Positions 1-10,577 are shown, counted from the stretch's first letter. The stretch is DNA of 64,000 bases from an uncultured delta proteobacterium (GCA_963803435.1 CAWDML010000001.1:1568001-1632000), one strand, 5' to 3'. Notes: generated from the sequence alone by a model not told the origin. Made by a program: numbers and translations.

Positions 1-321
1 GAGGCGATCGCACTTGGCCGCCAGGACGAAGTCGCTCTCGGTGAGCCCGTCGATCGCGTGGGTCCAGATCTCCACGCGAACCTGGCCCCAGGCGAGGTGG
101 AGGTCAGGGTGGTGGCCCTGCTCCTCCGCCAGGGCGCCCACCTTGTTCACGAAGGCGAGCGCAGTCATGAAGTCGTCGAACTCGTACGTCTTCTCCAGGT
201 GGTGACCGTCGACCACGCGCCACCCGAAGAGCTGATCCAGCAGCGCCTCCAACTCGGCGCCCTCGAGGGCCGGGACACCGCCGCGGCAAGGAACACAGGA
301 CTTGTCGGCAAGCTCGGCCAC
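1..321 (-). CDS. phhB: Pterin-4-alpha-carbinolamine dehydratase (3' end runs off the window)
   Basis: Manual translation from GTG at 321: MAELADKSCVPCRGG...LEKTYEFDDFMTALAFVNKVGALAEEQGHHPDLHLAWGQVRVEIWTHAIDGLTESDFVLAAKCDRL. HHPD and WTH...GL..DF motifs are present. Not in the ORF track because it has no stop inside the window. Confidence 0.9.
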   Translation of the reverse strand, partial: MAELADKSCVPCRGGVPALEGAELEALLDQLFGWRVVDGHHLEKTYEFDDFMTALAFVNKVGALAEEQGHHPDLHLAWGQVRVEIWTHAIDGLTESDFVLAAKCDRL

Positions 322-359
322 GCCAGCGTCCTATGGCGCGCGCCGAAAAACCGCAACCG

Positions 360-1587
360 TCAACGCAAGCGGTCGTCGCCCGCGGCAAATCGGGCCGCCC
401 ACTCCATGCGATCGAAGCCCCAGAACAGGCTGGGCTCGAGACCCTCCCGGTGCACGACGAACGTGGGCGCTCCGAACACGCCCGCCGCCACCGCCGCCTC
501 GGTAGAGGCCCGCAGCGCCTCCTTGGTCGCAGGCTCCTGCGTGCGCGCCACCAGCCTCTGCCCGTCGAGCCCGAGCTCGTCGCAGACCTCTCGCACCACC
601 TCCGGCGAGGAGATGTCGCGGTCCTCCACCCAGTAGGCGCGATAGATGCGGCGCACCAGAATCGGTCCGGCCGCCCGTGAGCAGCGTGACCCGCAGCGCC
701 AACACCGAGTTCATGGGGAAACGCGAGGGCCAGCGCACCTCGAGGCCGTACGCCTCCGCCTGCCGCTGCAGGTCGGCCTGCGTGTGCTTCTGCTTGGCCT
801 CGTTCTGGGAGAACAGCGGCACCTGGACCTGCTCCACCGTCTTGAACACGGCGCCCAGCAGCATGGGACGCCAGCTCGCTGCGCGCCCGAAGATCCTCTC
901 CACCCGCTCGGCGGCCAGATACGAGAACGGGCTCGAGTAGTCGAACCAGAAGTCGGTCGGCGCCATCCGCTCCCGATCCGGGAGGTCAGAGACCGGCGCG
1001 CCTCCGAGCGCCCGCTCCACGTAGTCGCTTCGATCGACACCCCAGTAGAGCTGGCCCTCCACCACGTATGCGGGCGCGCCGAAGACGCCCGCGGCGATCG
1101 CCTGGTCGGTCTGCTTGCGCAGCTCGTCCTTGATCCGATCGGACTGGCTCTCGGCGATGACGCGATCCGGGTCGTGGCCGGCGTCCCGGAGAACCCGCGC
1201 CAGGCCGTCCCGCGTGGCGATGTCGATCCCTTCGACCCAGTAGGCGCGGAACAGCGCGTGGGCCAGCGGGCCGAGATACGGCGGCCCCACCGCGAGCAGC
1301 GCCCTCAGGGCGTCGACGGTACGCATCGGGTGTTGGGCGGGCACCGTCAGCGGCACGCCGTGCCAGGCAGCCGTGCGGCGGATGTCCTCGGCGTTGTGCT
1401 TGGCCTTGGCCGATCCCATGATCGCCGCCGGCACCTGCGGCGTAGCGCGTGCGCGGAAGACGCCGCCGAGCAGCATCGGCCGCGCGTCGAGCTCGGCGCC
1501 GGTCCGACGCGACAGCGCCTCCACCGTCGTCGAGGCGACGTACGCATACGGACAGGAGAAGTCGAACCAGAACTGCAGTTGCGCCAT
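360..1587 (-). CDS. Tandem two-domain DsbA-like / 2-hydroxychromene-2-carboxylate isomerase (kappa-GST) protein, one frameshift near 660
   Basis: Domain 1 has FWFDFSCPYAY...GVFGAP...YWGVDR. Domain 2 has FWFDYSSPFSY, and its C-terminal half (RAYW...GVFGAPTF...FWGFDR) lies in ORF 360..656. One extra T near 660 separates the frames. Confidence 0.85.
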
Positions 1588-1617
1588 CGGACATCACGCT
1601 ACTGTATGATGCGCCGG

Positions 1618-1812
1618 ATGCGAAACGCTCTCTTCGCCGCGTTCTGCATGCTTTGCCTCCTGGCGCTCGTTTGGCCGGGCTACGCGCTGGTGGGCAACCG
1701 CATCGATCCGATGCTCCTGGGGCTGCCGTTCTCCTTCTTCTGGAACATCCTCTGGATCGTCCTCTCGTTCGTCGCCCTCTGGACCTACGACCTGACGGAC
1801 CCCGTCCGATGA
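1618..1812 (+). CDS. Small membrane protein (DUF3311-like), partner of a sodium:solute symporter
   Basis: MRNALFAAFCMLCLLALVWPGY...IDPMLLGLPFSFFWNILW: two hydrophobic segments and a GLPF motif; ATGA overlap with the symporter. Confidence 0.8.
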   Translation: MRNALFAAFCMLCLLALVWPGYALVGNRIDPMLLGLPFSFFWNILWIVLSFVALWTYDLTDPVR

Positions 1813-3314
1813 CCATCGCAGTCACGGCGATCTACCTGGGGCTCTGCCTGGTCCTCGGCATGTGGCCGAGCAAGCAGCAGACCGACAGCGCGCAAGGCTA
1901 CGTCGCCGGCGATCGCTCGATGGGGCTGGTCCTGATGTACTTCATCACGGGCGCCACCATCTTCTCGGCGTTCGCGTTCCTGGGCGGTCCCGGCTGGGCC
2001 TACTCCCGGGGCGCGGCAGCGTTCTACATCCTCGGCTACGGCGCGCTCGGGCTCATCCCCTTCTACTTCCTGGGCCCGCGGGCGGCGCGCGTCGGCCGCG
2101 CGTACGGCTTCGTCACGCAGGCCGAGATGATGGCCGCGCGCTTCGAGATGCCGGCGCTCGCCGGAGTGATGGCCGTGATCAGCGTGGTCGCCTTCATCCC
2201 GTACCTCGCGCTCCAGATGCAGGGCGCCGGATACGTGATCGAGACGATGACCGGCGGCGCGATCCCCAAGTGGGCAGGGGCCGGCGCGGTCTATCTCGTG
2301 GTGCTGATCTATGTGCTACGCAGCGGCGTGCTCGGCGTCGGCTGGACCAACGTCTTCCAGGGCGTCTTCATGATGGTGCTGGCGTGGGGGCTGGGGCTCT
2401 ATCTGCCCGCGCACCTGTACGGAGGCGTCGGCGCGCTCTTCCACCGCCTCGCCGCGGAGCGCCCCGACCTCCTCATCGCGCCCGGGCTGACCGGCGCCGG
2501 AGCGCCCTGGACCTGGGGTGAGTATTCCGCGGCGGTGATCGTCTCGATCATCGGCTTCTCCGTCTGGCCGCACCTGTTCATGAAGGCGTTCACCGCCCGC
2601 GACGAGCGCACGCTGAAGCGCACCGTACTCCTCTACCCGACCTTCCAGATCTTCGTCGTCCCGCTGTTCGTGATCGGCTTTTCGGGCGTGTTCTTCCAGC
2701 CCGGACCGCCCCACCCGGACGAGATCCTCCCGCACATCCTGATGCACACCGAGATCCCGTCGCTGGTGGTCGGCCTCTTCTGCGCCGGCGCGCTGGCCGC
2801 CTCGATGTCCTCCGGCGACGCCATGGCCCACGCCGCCGCCTCGATCGCGATCCGCGACGGCATCGTCACCGCCGCGGGTCGCCCGCTCCCCCCTCACCGC
2901 GAGCGCACCTTGATCCGCTGGGTCGTGCTCGCGACGATGGTCGTCGCCTACGTGGTCGCCATCGCCTACCACGGCTCGCTCGTCTTCCTGCTGCTCACCA
3001 CCTACGGCGCGATCGTGCAGTTCACGCCCGGGATCCTCGCCTGCCTCTACACCGACCGCGTGCGCGGCTCCGCGGTCCTCGCCGGCATGGTCGCCGGCAG
3101 CGCCGTGACCGCGGTCCTGGTCGTGTTCCCCGGTCTCCAGCCCTTCCCCCTCCACGCGGGTCTCTACGGCGTCGTGGTCAACGTCGCCGTCCTCGCCGTC
3201 CTTTCCCTCGTCTCGCCCCGCGCCGCCGCGCCGGCGGCGACCCGCTTCCTGGAGATCGCGGGCCGCCGCTCACCGGCGGTCCGTCACCAACGCAGACGAT
3301 CTACAAGCAGTTGA
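1809..3314 (+). CDS. Sodium:solute symporter (SSS) family transporter
   Basis: From ATG 1809: YVAGDRSMG, ATIFSAFAFLGGPG, GALAASMSS and many TM segments. The ORF-track N-terminal extension is spurious. Confidence 0.9.
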   Translation: MTIAVTAIYLGLCLVLGMWPSKQQTDSAQGYVAGDRSMGLVLMYFITGATIFSAFAFLGGPGWAYSRGAAAFYILGYGALGLIPFYFLGPRAARVGRAYGFVTQAEMMAARFEMPALAGVMAVISVVAFIPYLALQMQGAGYVIETMTGGAIPKWAGAGAVYLVVLIYVLRSGVLGVGWTNVFQGVFMMVLAWGLGLYLPAHLYGGVGALFHRLAAERPDLLIAPGLTGAGAPWTWGEYSAAVIVSIIGFSVWPHLFMKAFTARDERTLKRTVLLYPTFQIFVVPLFVIGFSGVFFQPGPPHPDEILPHILMHTEIPSLVVGLFCAGALAASMSSGDAMAHAAASIAIRDGIVTAAGRPLPPHRERTLIRWVVLATMVVAYVVAIAYHGSLVFLLLTTYGAIVQFTPGILACLYTDRVRGSAVLAGMVAGSAVTAVLVVFPGLQPFPLHAGLYGVVVNVAVLAVLSLVSPRAAAPAATRFLEIAGRRSPAVRHQRRRSTSS

Positions 3315-3912
3315 ACCCGACGCTCGCGCTCTGATAGCCGCAGGTCTGCCCGAGCGCGCCGCAGCTCTGCTGGCGCATCGTGCCGTTCTCGCACCAGCGG
3401 AGCATGTCGCCGTCGCAGGTCCCGACGTAGCCGAGCGAGTCGCAGGTATAGAGGCAGTTGTTGCCGACGCTGTCGTCCTGCCAGCCGCAGGTCTGGCCGG
3501 CCGCGCCGCAGTCGCGCTGTCGGATCGAGCCGTTCTCACACCAGCGCAGGAGCCCGCCGGCGCACTCGCCCGCGTAGCCCAGGCGATCGCACTCGGAGGG
3601 CGCCGAGATGGGGATGCAGTTGTTGCCCAGCTGGGCGCTCTGGTACCCGCAGGTCTCGCCCTGGACCGAGCACTCGAACGAGCGCACCACCCCGCCCTCG
3701 CACCAGCGGAGCAGGCTGCCCTGACACTCGCCGGCGAAGTCGAGACCGCCGCACGGGTCCACGCTCATGGCGACACAGTTGTTGCCGACCGCGTCGCTCT
3801 CCCAACCGCACGCCTGTCCGCTGGCGCCGCAGTCGACCTGCCGGACCGCACCGCCGGCGCACCAGCGGAGCAGGTTGCCCTGACACTCGCCGGCGTAGTC
3901 CAGGCCGCCGCA
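3301..3912 (-). repeat. Four ~50-aa six-cysteine repeats (C..L.Y.G.C.G..LRWC..G.....C...G..CG......G.NC)
   Basis: Repeats begin CGGLDYAGEC, CGGLDFAGEC, CDRLGYAGEC and CDSLGYVGTC in the translation. Confidence 0.9.
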
Positions 3913-5022
3913 TGCGCTCGGCACGCCGATGCTCCCGGTGTTGTTCGGGTCGTGGACCAGATCCATGTAGTGATCCCACGGGAAGTACGGACCGGGGTCG
4001 ACGTGCGTGGCGCCCGGAACCTCGACGTGGCCGAGGATGTGGGCCCGATCCATCGGGATGCCGTACCTGAGACAGGCCGCCCGCGTGATGGCGGCGCTGC
4101 TCCTCAGCATCGGCTCGGTGAACCAGTTGTAGCCCTCGCTCGCCACGGCCTCGTGCTCGATGCCGATGGTCCACGGGTTCCAGTCGCTGATGTGCTGCGC
4201 CGAGTCCTGCTCCCGGACCATCTGCGTGATGTCGCCGTCGGAGGAGCGCACTACGTAGTGCGCGCTGGTCTGGTACGGATTGTTCGGGTTGCGGAACCAG
4301 GAGATCGCGCCGTCGTACGAGCCTTCGGTGGTGTGGATGATGACGTGCGTGATGTTGTAACCGTAGCGCCCGTACACGAAAAACCCCTGGCGGGCCGGCA
4401 CCCAGTGCGCGCCGGGAAAGTCGACGTCTCCCGCGAGCGCCTTGCTCGTCTGTCCGAACGTCTTGCCGGAGGCCGGGAGCACCAGCTCCTCTCCGTCGTC
4501 GGTGGTGGCGCGCGCACCCTGGGCGAGGATCTCGAACACGTGATCCGCGTACGACTCACCGGCGAGCTCGTCCTCGGGCGATCCGTAGCGCGCGACCGCA
4601 GGGCGCCACTCCGAGAGGCGCGCCGGCACCCGCCCCATGGTCTCGAGCGCCAGCGCGCGCAGCACGACCGCCGCCGCACGGATGTTGGTGGCCGGGTCGC
4701 TGCCGGCGAGCTCGAGATCGACGTGGAGCTGTTCGGCGGCCTCCGATAGCCGCGGCAGATCCGGGCGCTCGACCACGCCCATCAGCCCGCGCGCTCCGGT
4801 CGCGACGTGCCCGACGTCCAGCGCGGCGGCCGGCGGCGTATGCCAGCGCGTCTCCACGTAGCCGATCGCCAGCAAGAGCGGCTCCGGGACCTCCAGCTCT
4901 CGGCTCGCCTGTTCGAACGCGCCCGCGAGCGGACCGCGGGCCTCGGCTTTCTCCGGCTTCGGCATGCAACCGAGCACACCCGACGACGCCAACAGGATCC
5001 CGACACCCACTCCAGCACGCAT
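3301..5022 (-). CDS. Lipoprotein peptidoglycan hydrolase: lysozyme/SLT-like domain + N-acetylmuramoyl-L-alanine amidase (Amidase_2) + four Cys-rich repeats
   Basis: Lipobox VLGC. SLT-like segments LLLAIGYVETRW, GLMG and NIRAAA. Amidase_2 motifs IIHTTEG, SAHY, IGIEHE and GH...HVDPG. Confidence 0.85.
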   Translation of the reverse strand: MRAGVGVGILLASSGVLGCMPKPEKAEARGPLAGAFEQASRELEVPEPLLLAIGYVETRWHTPPAAALDVGHVATGARGLMGVVERPDLPRLSEAAEQLHVDLELAGSDPATNIRAAAVVLRALALETMGRVPARLSEWRPAVARYGSPEDELAGESYADHVFEILAQGARATTDDGEELVLPASGKTFGQTSKALAGDVDFPGAHWVPARQGFFVYGRYGYNITHVIIHTTEGSYDGAISWFRNPNNPYQTSAHYVVRSSDGDITQMVREQDSAQHISDWNPWTIGIEHEAVASEGYNWFTEPMLRSSAAITRAACLRYGIPMDRAHILGHVEVPGATHVDPGPYFPWDHYMDLVHDPNNTGSIGVPSACGGLDYAGECQGNLLRWCAGGAVRQVDCGASGQACGWESDAVGNNCVAMSVDPCGGLDFAGECQGSLLRWCEGGVVRSFECSVQGETCGYQSAQLGNNCIPISAPSECDRLGYAGECAGGLLRWCENGSIRQRDCGAAGQTCGWQDDSVGNNCLYTCDSLGYVGTCDGDMLRWCENGTMRQQSCGALGQTCGYQSASVGFNCL

Positions 5023-5105
5023 GCTGTGCGAAATACCGACTCGAAGTCGGACGAACAACTGTGTACGGAGCGTCTACGATCTGCGGTTGGACCCGCGGTC
5101 AGTCG

Positions 5106-6623
5106 TCACGATCGCCCGGCCTTCGATCCAAACTTTCGGCTCGGCTTCTTCCCCGCCTTCTTGGCACGGCGCGCGGCGGTGGCCGTCTTGGTCGCGTTGC
5201 GATCCGCCTGACGACGGCCCGGTTCAGAGCGTTCTTTCTCGTCCGTCCCCTTCTTGTGCGATCGATAGCCGACGAGCAGCGGCACACCGCTGAAGCCGTA
5301 CTCCTCACGGATCTTGTTGATCAGGAACCGCCGGTAGCTGAAGTGGATCCGCTCCGGATCGTTGACCGATACCTGAAAGCGCGGCGGCCTGACTCCGATC
5401 TGGCTGATGTAATAGATCTTCCCCGCCTTCCCTTTGCGGGATGGCGGCGGGTGGAACTTCATCAGGTCCTCGACGAATCGGTTCAGCTTCCCGGTGGTGA
5501 CGCGCTTCGTATATTCGTCGTGGACGCGCCGGATCGTCGGGATCAGCCGATCGATCCCGAAACCCGAGTGCGCGCTCGTGAAGACCACGGGCGCGTACGA
5601 CAGGTGCGGCACCTCGCTGCGGAGCTTCGCCTCGTAGTCCTTGCGTGCCTCGTCCTTCTGGAGCAGGTCCCACTTCGACACCACCAGGATGACCGCCTTG
5701 CCCTTCTCGAAGGCAAACGCCGAGACCTTCGCGTCCTGGTTGGCGGCGCCCTGCTCCGAGTCGATCAGGAGCAGCGCCACGTCCGATCGCTCGAGCCCCT
5801 TGAGCGCCGCGATCACGCTGAACCGCTCCACCCGCATCGCGATCGATCGCTTCCTGCGGATGCCCGCGGTGTCGATGAACAGGTACTCGCGCCCTTCGTG
5901 CTCGACCAGCGAGTCGATCGCGTCGATGGTCGTGCCCGGCACCTCCGACACCAGGTGCCGATCCTCTCCGAGCAGCCGGTTGACCAGCGACGATTTGCCG
6001 GAGTTCGGCCGCCCGATGACGGCCACTCGGATCGCCTGCGAGCCGCCGCTCGGATCCTCGCCGCTCTCGGGCGGCTCCTCGATGACGTGGAGGTCGCCCT
6101 CGCGCGTGGGGAGCGCTTCGACGATCCGTTCCTCGAGATCGATGATGTACCGGCCGTGGACTGCGCTGATCGGCACCGGCTCGCCGAGACCCAGCCGGTA
6201 GAACTCCGCCGCCAGCGGATCGTCCTTCGGGCCGTCGATCTTGTTCACGGCCGCCACCACGTGCTTCTCGCTCCGCCGCAGCAGATCCGCGATGTCGTGA
6301 TCCTCGGGCATCAAGCCCGCGTGGGCGTCGGTGAGAAACACCACGACGTCGGCCTCGTCGATGGCGAGCTGCGTCTGCTCCAGGACCCGCCGCATGATCG
6401 GGTCGGTGGTCTTCGGATCGAACCCGCCCGTGTCGACGAGGACGATCTCGATGCTTCCGTCGGGCCCGGTGAGCTCGGCGTCCGCGTAGATTCGGTCCCG
6501 CGTGACACCCGGCTGATCGGCCACGATGGAGCGCGCGCTCTGGATCAGGCGGTTGAACAGGCGGGACTTGCCGACGTTCGGCCTCCCCACGATGGCGATG
6601 ATCGGCTTCACCGCCTCGCTCAT
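5106..6623 (-). CDS. der: Ribosome biogenesis GTPase Der (EngA)
   Basis: Two G domains (GRPNVGKS...DTGG; GRPNSGKS...DTAG), GVTRD, and a C-terminal KH-like domain. Confidence 0.97.
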   Translation of the reverse strand: MSEAVKPIIAIVGRPNVGKSRLFNRLIQSARSIVADQPGVTRDRIYADAELTGPDGSIEIVLVDTGGFDPKTTDPIMRRVLEQTQLAIDEADVVVFLTDAHAGLMPEDHDIADLLRRSEKHVVAAVNKIDGPKDDPLAAEFYRLGLGEPVPISAVHGRYIIDLEERIVEALPTREGDLHVIEEPPESGEDPSGGSQAIRVAVIGRPNSGKSSLVNRLLGEDRHLVSEVPGTTIDAIDSLVEHEGREYLFIDTAGIRRKRSIAMRVERFSVIAALKGLERSDVALLLIDSEQGAANQDAKVSAFAFEKGKAVILVVSKWDLLQKDEARKDYEAKLRSEVPHLSYAPVVFTSAHSGFGIDRLIPTIRRVHDEYTKRVTTGKLNRFVEDLMKFHPPPSRKGKAGKIYYISQIGVRPPRFQVSVNDPERIHFSYRRFLINKIREEYGFSGVPLLVGYRSHKKGTDEKERSEPGRRQADRNATKTATAARRAKKAGKKPSRKFGSKAGRS

Positions 6624-7666
6624 GGGTCCTCTCCCGATCCGATCACCTCGGCGATCACCGCCGGATCGATCCCGGTCTCGGCCGACTCCCCATAGCCCAG
6701 CTCACGCATCGCCCGGGCGTTCTCGCTCCACTTCTCGGCCACGCGCACCTCGAGATTGAGGAAGACCGGGGATTCGAGCAAGCGCTCCACGTCCTTACGC
6801 GCCCGGGTGCCGATCGCCTTCAGTCGCTCCCCGCCACGACCGATCACGATGCCCTTCTGGCTGTCTCGCTCCACGTGGATCGTCGCCAGGATCCGCACGA
6901 GCCGCGGCCGCTCGTCCTCGAACGCTTCGATGGTCACCGCCGCCGAGTAAGGCAGCTCCTCCTTGGTCTCGAGGATCACCTTCTCCCGGATGAACTCCGC
7001 CACCAGCGCTCGCTCGGGGGCGTCGACGATCCCGTCGGTGTCGTACAGCGCCGGGCCCTCGGGGAGCGCAGCCGCCAGCTCGCGCACCGCCTCCTCCAGC
7101 CCTTGCTTGGTCCGAGCGCAAGTCGGCACCACCGCCTTGAGGTGCTCGCCGAGCGCGCTCCGGTACCGCTCGATCTGGAACACGATCTTCCGCTTCTGCT
7201 TGACCGCGTCCGTCTTGTTCACCAGCAGCACGATCGGCTTCTGCGATCGCCCGATCACCTCGATCAGCCGCTCGTTCCCCGGCGTGATCTGGTCGTCCTC
7301 GCGCGCCTCGACGCAGTACGCGATCACGTCGGCCTCCTCGATCGCGAGCTCCGCCTGGCCGACCATGTAGCGGTTGAGGCGGCCCTTGGCCTCGTGATGG
7401 CCGGGCGTGTCGAGGATCAGGAGCTGCGCGCCGGGAGGATTGAGCATCCCGAGCAGGTTCTTCCGCGTGGTCTGCGGCTTGTGCGTGGCGGCGGCCACCT
7501 TCATGCCGAGGAGCTGATTGAGGATGGTCGACTTGCCTACGTTGGGACGACCGACCAGCGCCACGTAGCCACAGCGGAACACGGTGCCATCGCCGATCGC
7601 AGGCTCGATCGGGCGGCGCTCCGCGGGCACGACCTCCCGCGGCTCTCTACTCTTTCTTTTGCTCAT
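6620..7666 (-). CDS. era: GTPase Era
   Basis: [23 protein letters not shown], and a KH domain with SQKGIVIG; overlaps the der start by 4 nt. Confidence 0.96.
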   Translation of the reverse strand: MSKRKSREPREVVPAERRPIEPAIGDGTVFRCGYVALVGRPNVGKSTILNQLLGMKVAAATHKPQTTRKNLLGMLNPPGAQLLILDTPGHHEAKGRLNRYMVGQAELAIEEADVIAYCVEAREDDQITPGNERLIEVIGRSQKPIVLLVNKTDAVKQKRKIVFQIERYRSALGEHLKAVVPTCARTKQGLEEAVRELAAALPEGPALYDTDGIVDAPERALVAEFIREKVILETKEELPYSAAVTIEAFEDERPRLVRILATIHVERDSQKGIVIGRGGERLKAIGTRARKDVERLLESPVFLNLEVRVAEKWSENARAMRELGYGESAETGIDPAVIAEVIGSGEDP

Positions 7667-8312
7667 GGCGATACACGGTGACCTTCTCGATCACCACCGG
7701 CTGCTCGGCACGCGCGATTGCGTACACGACGTCGAGACCCGCGACCACCTGCCCGAACACCGGATGCACTCCGTCCAGATGCGGCAGCGGCACCTCCGTG
7801 ATGAAGAACTGCGAGCCGTTGGTGTCCTTGCCCGCGTTCACCATCGAGACCACGCCGGGCCTGTCGTGGTGGAGGTCGGGATGGATCTCGTCGTCGACGA
7901 CGTAGCCGGGGCCTCCCCGTCCATCGCCGCGCGGGCAGCCGCCCTGGATCATGAACTTCGGGATCCGCCGGTGAAACGTCAGCCCATCATAGAACGGTCG
8001 CTTTACCCACTCGCCGGTCTTCGAGTCCTTGAACTTCCTCGTCCCGCGCGCGAGCCCCACGAAGTTGGCGACGGTGTTCGGAACCTCGTGCTCGTATAGA
8101 TGGATCTGGATCGCGCCCACCGCCGTGTCGAGCTTCGCGTAGAGGTCGCCCTCTCCAGTCAGGCCGGCGGTGGCCTCCGCGAGCGAAAACGGCTCCCCCT
8201 TGGGCGGCGCAGCGCCCGCGCGCGAGATCGGACAGACAGAGAGGCCGGCGAGGAGCCCGAACAACGCGCGGGACCGGCCGGCCATGGCGCGCACCATGGC
8301 CAACCAGCGCAT
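7647..8312 (-). CDS. Cyclophilin-type peptidyl-prolyl cis-trans isomerase with signal peptide
   Basis: [40 protein letters not shown] and HPVFG. Start placed at ATG 8312; exact start uncertain. Confidence 0.92.
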   Translation of the reverse strand: MRWLAMVRAMAGRSRALFGLLAGLSVCPISRAGAAPPKGEPFSLAEATAGLTGEGDLYAKLDTAVGAIQIHLYEHEVPNTVANFVGLARGTRKFKDSKTGEWVKRPFYDGLTFHRRIPKFMIQGGCPRGDGRGGPGYVVDDEIHPDLHHDRPGVVSMVNAGKDTNGSQFFITEVPLPHLDGVHPVFGQVVAGLDVVYAIARAEQPVVIEKVTVYRHEQKKE

Positions 8313-8317
8313 GCCGG

Positions 8318-9022
8318 TCAACTTCCGTCGCCCTCGTCCCCGAGCAGATGCGCGGCGGCGCTCTGCTCCGCCTCTTTCTTCGTGCGGCCTTCCCCGCGGC
8401 TCTTCACCTCGCCGGCGATCACGAGCTCGACCTCGAACACCTTGTCGTGGTCCGGGCCGGTCTCCCCGATCACGCGATACGTCGGCGTGATGTGCAGCTC
8501 CGCCTGAATGCGCTGCTGGAGCTCCGTCTTGGGATCGAACTTTCCCAGCTCGAGGTTCTCGGGGAAGTCGAACCAGGGGAGGAGGACCTGCGTGGCCCGC
8601 TCCAACCCGGCGTCCAGATAGACCGCCGCGATCACCGCCTCGAATGCGTCCGAGAGGATCGACGGCTTCGTGCGTCCCCCCGACATCTCTTCGCCCCGGC
8701 CGAGCCGGACGGCCTCGCCCAGTCGCAGCTTGTCGGCGATCCGCGCCAGTCCGCCCTCGCTGACGACGGTAGCGCGCATCTTCGAGAGCGGCCCCTCGCG
8801 CGCCTCCGGGAAGCGCGCCATCAGCTCCGCGGACACGATGAGGTCGATGACGGCGTCGCCCAGGAACTCGAAGCGCTCGTTGTCCGGCACCGGCTCGGTG
8901 CACTCGTTGACATACGAGCGATGCGTGAGCGCCTGCGTCAGCAGCTCGGGATCGCGGAAGCGATGTCCGAGGGCGTCCATCAGCCGGACCGCGGGGTCGT
9001 GGCTCTCGCCCGCCTCGCTCAT
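8318..9022 (-). CDS. rnc: Ribonuclease III
   Basis: [30 protein letters not shown] and a dsRBD (KTELQ...KKEAEQSAA); ATGA overlap with mnmA. Confidence 0.96.
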   Translation of the reverse strand: MSEAGESHDPAVRLMDALGHRFRDPELLTQALTHRSYVNECTEPVPDNERFEFLGDAVIDLIVSAELMARFPEAREGPLSKMRATVVSEGGLARIADKLRLGEAVRLGRGEEMSGGRTKPSILSDAFEAVIAAVYLDAGLERATQVLLPWFDFPENLELGKFDPKTELQQRIQAELHITPTYRVIGETGPDHDKVFEVELVIAGEVKSRGEGRTKKEAEQSAAAHLLGDEGDGS

Positions 9023-10170
9023 CCGATCGCCTCGTCGATCCACCCGCCACCGATCACCTCTTCACCCCGGTAGAACACGGCGGCCTGTCCCGGCGCGACG
9101 GCCCGCACCGGCTGTTCGAAGTCGACCCGCGCCCGATCGCACCCGACCGGCGTCACGATCGCGTCGGCTCCGGCGGACCGATAGCGGATGCGCACGCTGA
9201 CCCGGACCGGTCCTTCGGGCGCGCCGGCAGGCCAGGTGACCCGCGACGCCACCAGACCTCGCTTCATCAGCGACACGGCCGGACCGACGGTGATCGCGCG
9301 TTGCTCGGCGTCGATCGCGAGCACGTGGAGCGGCGAGCGGGCACCTCCGATTCCGATGCCCTTGCGCTGTCCGATCGTGAAGCCCATGACGCCGTCGTGG
9401 CGGCCAAGCTGGTTGCCCGCCTCGTCGCGGATGACGCCCGAGTGATCGCCGGCGGCCTCGGGCTGGCGCATCACGAACCTTCCCGCGCCGGCACCGCCGA
9501 CGAAGCACACCTCCTGGCTCTCGAGCTTGTGCGCCACCGGGAGCCCGGCGGCGAGCGCCCTCGCGCGCACGGCCGCCTTCGTCATCCCGCCCACCGGAAA
9601 GACGAGCTGCCGGAGGATCGACGGCGCGGTCGCGAAGAGGAAGTAGGACTGATCCTTCTGGGCGTCGGCGCCGGCGAACAGACGCCCGGCGGCGTCGAGG
9701 CGCGCATAGTGACCGGTGCCCAGCGCCTCACAGCCCAGGATCCGCGCGCGCCGCGCCAGCCTCGCCAGCTTCACGAAGCTGTTGCAGCCGACGCAGGGGT
9801 TCGGCGTCCGGCCGTCGAGATAGGCGCCGACGAACGGCCGCACCACGCCGGCGGCGAACGCGGCCCGGCCGTCGATCACGTAGAAGGGCATGTCGAGGGT
9901 CTCGGCGACCCGGCGGGCATCCTGGAGATCGTCGGGGGGACAGCACGCGCGCGGGGCCAGCGGATGATCCGGTTCGGGATCGTGGAGCCGGAGCGCCAGG
10001 CCGATCACCTCGGCGCCGGCTTCGACCAGAAGAAGCGCTGCGACCGCGGAGTCGACGCCGCCCGACAGCGCGACGGCCACGCGCCGGCCGCGGAAGCGCT
10101 CGAGCGAAACCTCAGGCGGTGGCGATGCCGCCCTGGTCCTCGTCGTCGCCGAATTCGTCGTTGTCGTCAT
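9019..10170 (-). CDS. mnmA: tRNA 2-thiouridine(34) synthase MnmA (true start uncertain)
   Basis: SGGVDS PP-loop, [36 protein letters not shown] and APGQAAVFY. Confidence 0.93.
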   Translation of the reverse strand: MTTTTNSATTRTRAASPPPEVSLERFRGRRVAVALSGGVDSAVAALLLVEAGAEVIGLALRLHDPEPDHPLAPRACCPPDDLQDARRVAETLDMPFYVIDGRAAFAAGVVRPFVGAYLDGRTPNPCVGCNSFVKLARLARRARILGCEALGTGHYARLDAAGRLFAGADAQKDQSYFLFATAPSILRQLVFPVGGMTKAAVRARALAAGLPVAHKLESQEVCFVGGAGAGRFVMRQPEAAGDHSGVIRDEAGNQLGRHDGVMGFTIGQRKGIGIGGARSPLHVLAIDAEQRAITVGPAVSLMKRGLVASRVTWPAGAPEGPVRVSVRIRYRSAGADAIVTPVGCDRARVDFEQPVRAVAPGQAAVFYRGEEVIGGGWIDEAIG

Positions 10171-10534
10171 CGTCGTCGAAGTCGGCGTGTCCGTTCTCTG
10201 CGCCGTTCTGGGCGTTGCCCGACTCGTCGTAGCGCGCGCTCATGCCGCGCGCATTGGGCGGGTAGTCGACGCGCTCCTTGAGCTCCTTGCCAACCTTAAA
10301 GAAGGGCAGACGTTTCGCTGGAACGTGGATGGTTTCCCCAGTTCTGGGGTTCCGTCCGGTGTACGCGTCGTATGACTTGCTGGTGAAGCTGCCAAACCCG
10401 CGAATCTCGATGCGTTCCCCTCGCTTCAACGCTTGGGTCATCTGATCGAACACGAGATTGACCACCTGCTCGGCCCGCTTCTTCGTGATCTTCGCTCGTT
10501 CCGCAAGCTTCTCGACCAGTTCCGATTTATTCAT
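10112..10534 (-). CDS. ihfB: Integration host factor beta / HU-family protein with an acidic C-terminal tail
   Basis: MNKSEL...IEIRGFGSF...GRNPRTGE...PFFKVGKELKERV followed by ~50 extra aa including [16 protein letters not shown]. Confidence 0.85.
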   Translation of the reverse strand: MNKSELVEKLAERAKITKKRAEQVVNLVFDQMTQALKRGERIEIRGFGSFTSKSYDAYTGRNPRTGETIHVPAKRLPFFKVGKELKERVDYPPNARGMSARYDESGNAQNGAENGHADFDDDDDNDEFGDDEDQGGIATA

Positions 10535-10577
10535 GCTTCACCCTGGGTGGTCCCCCAGACCCACGTCTGTGAGCCGA

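Noticed and set aside
7647-9050. Long N-terminal extensions on cyclophilin (also seen on the SSS, LysM/M23, ArsR and gltC ORFs)
   Set aside because: The extensions are Arg/Gly/Pro-rich off-frame readings of the upstream genes; better starts with coupled overlaps exist.
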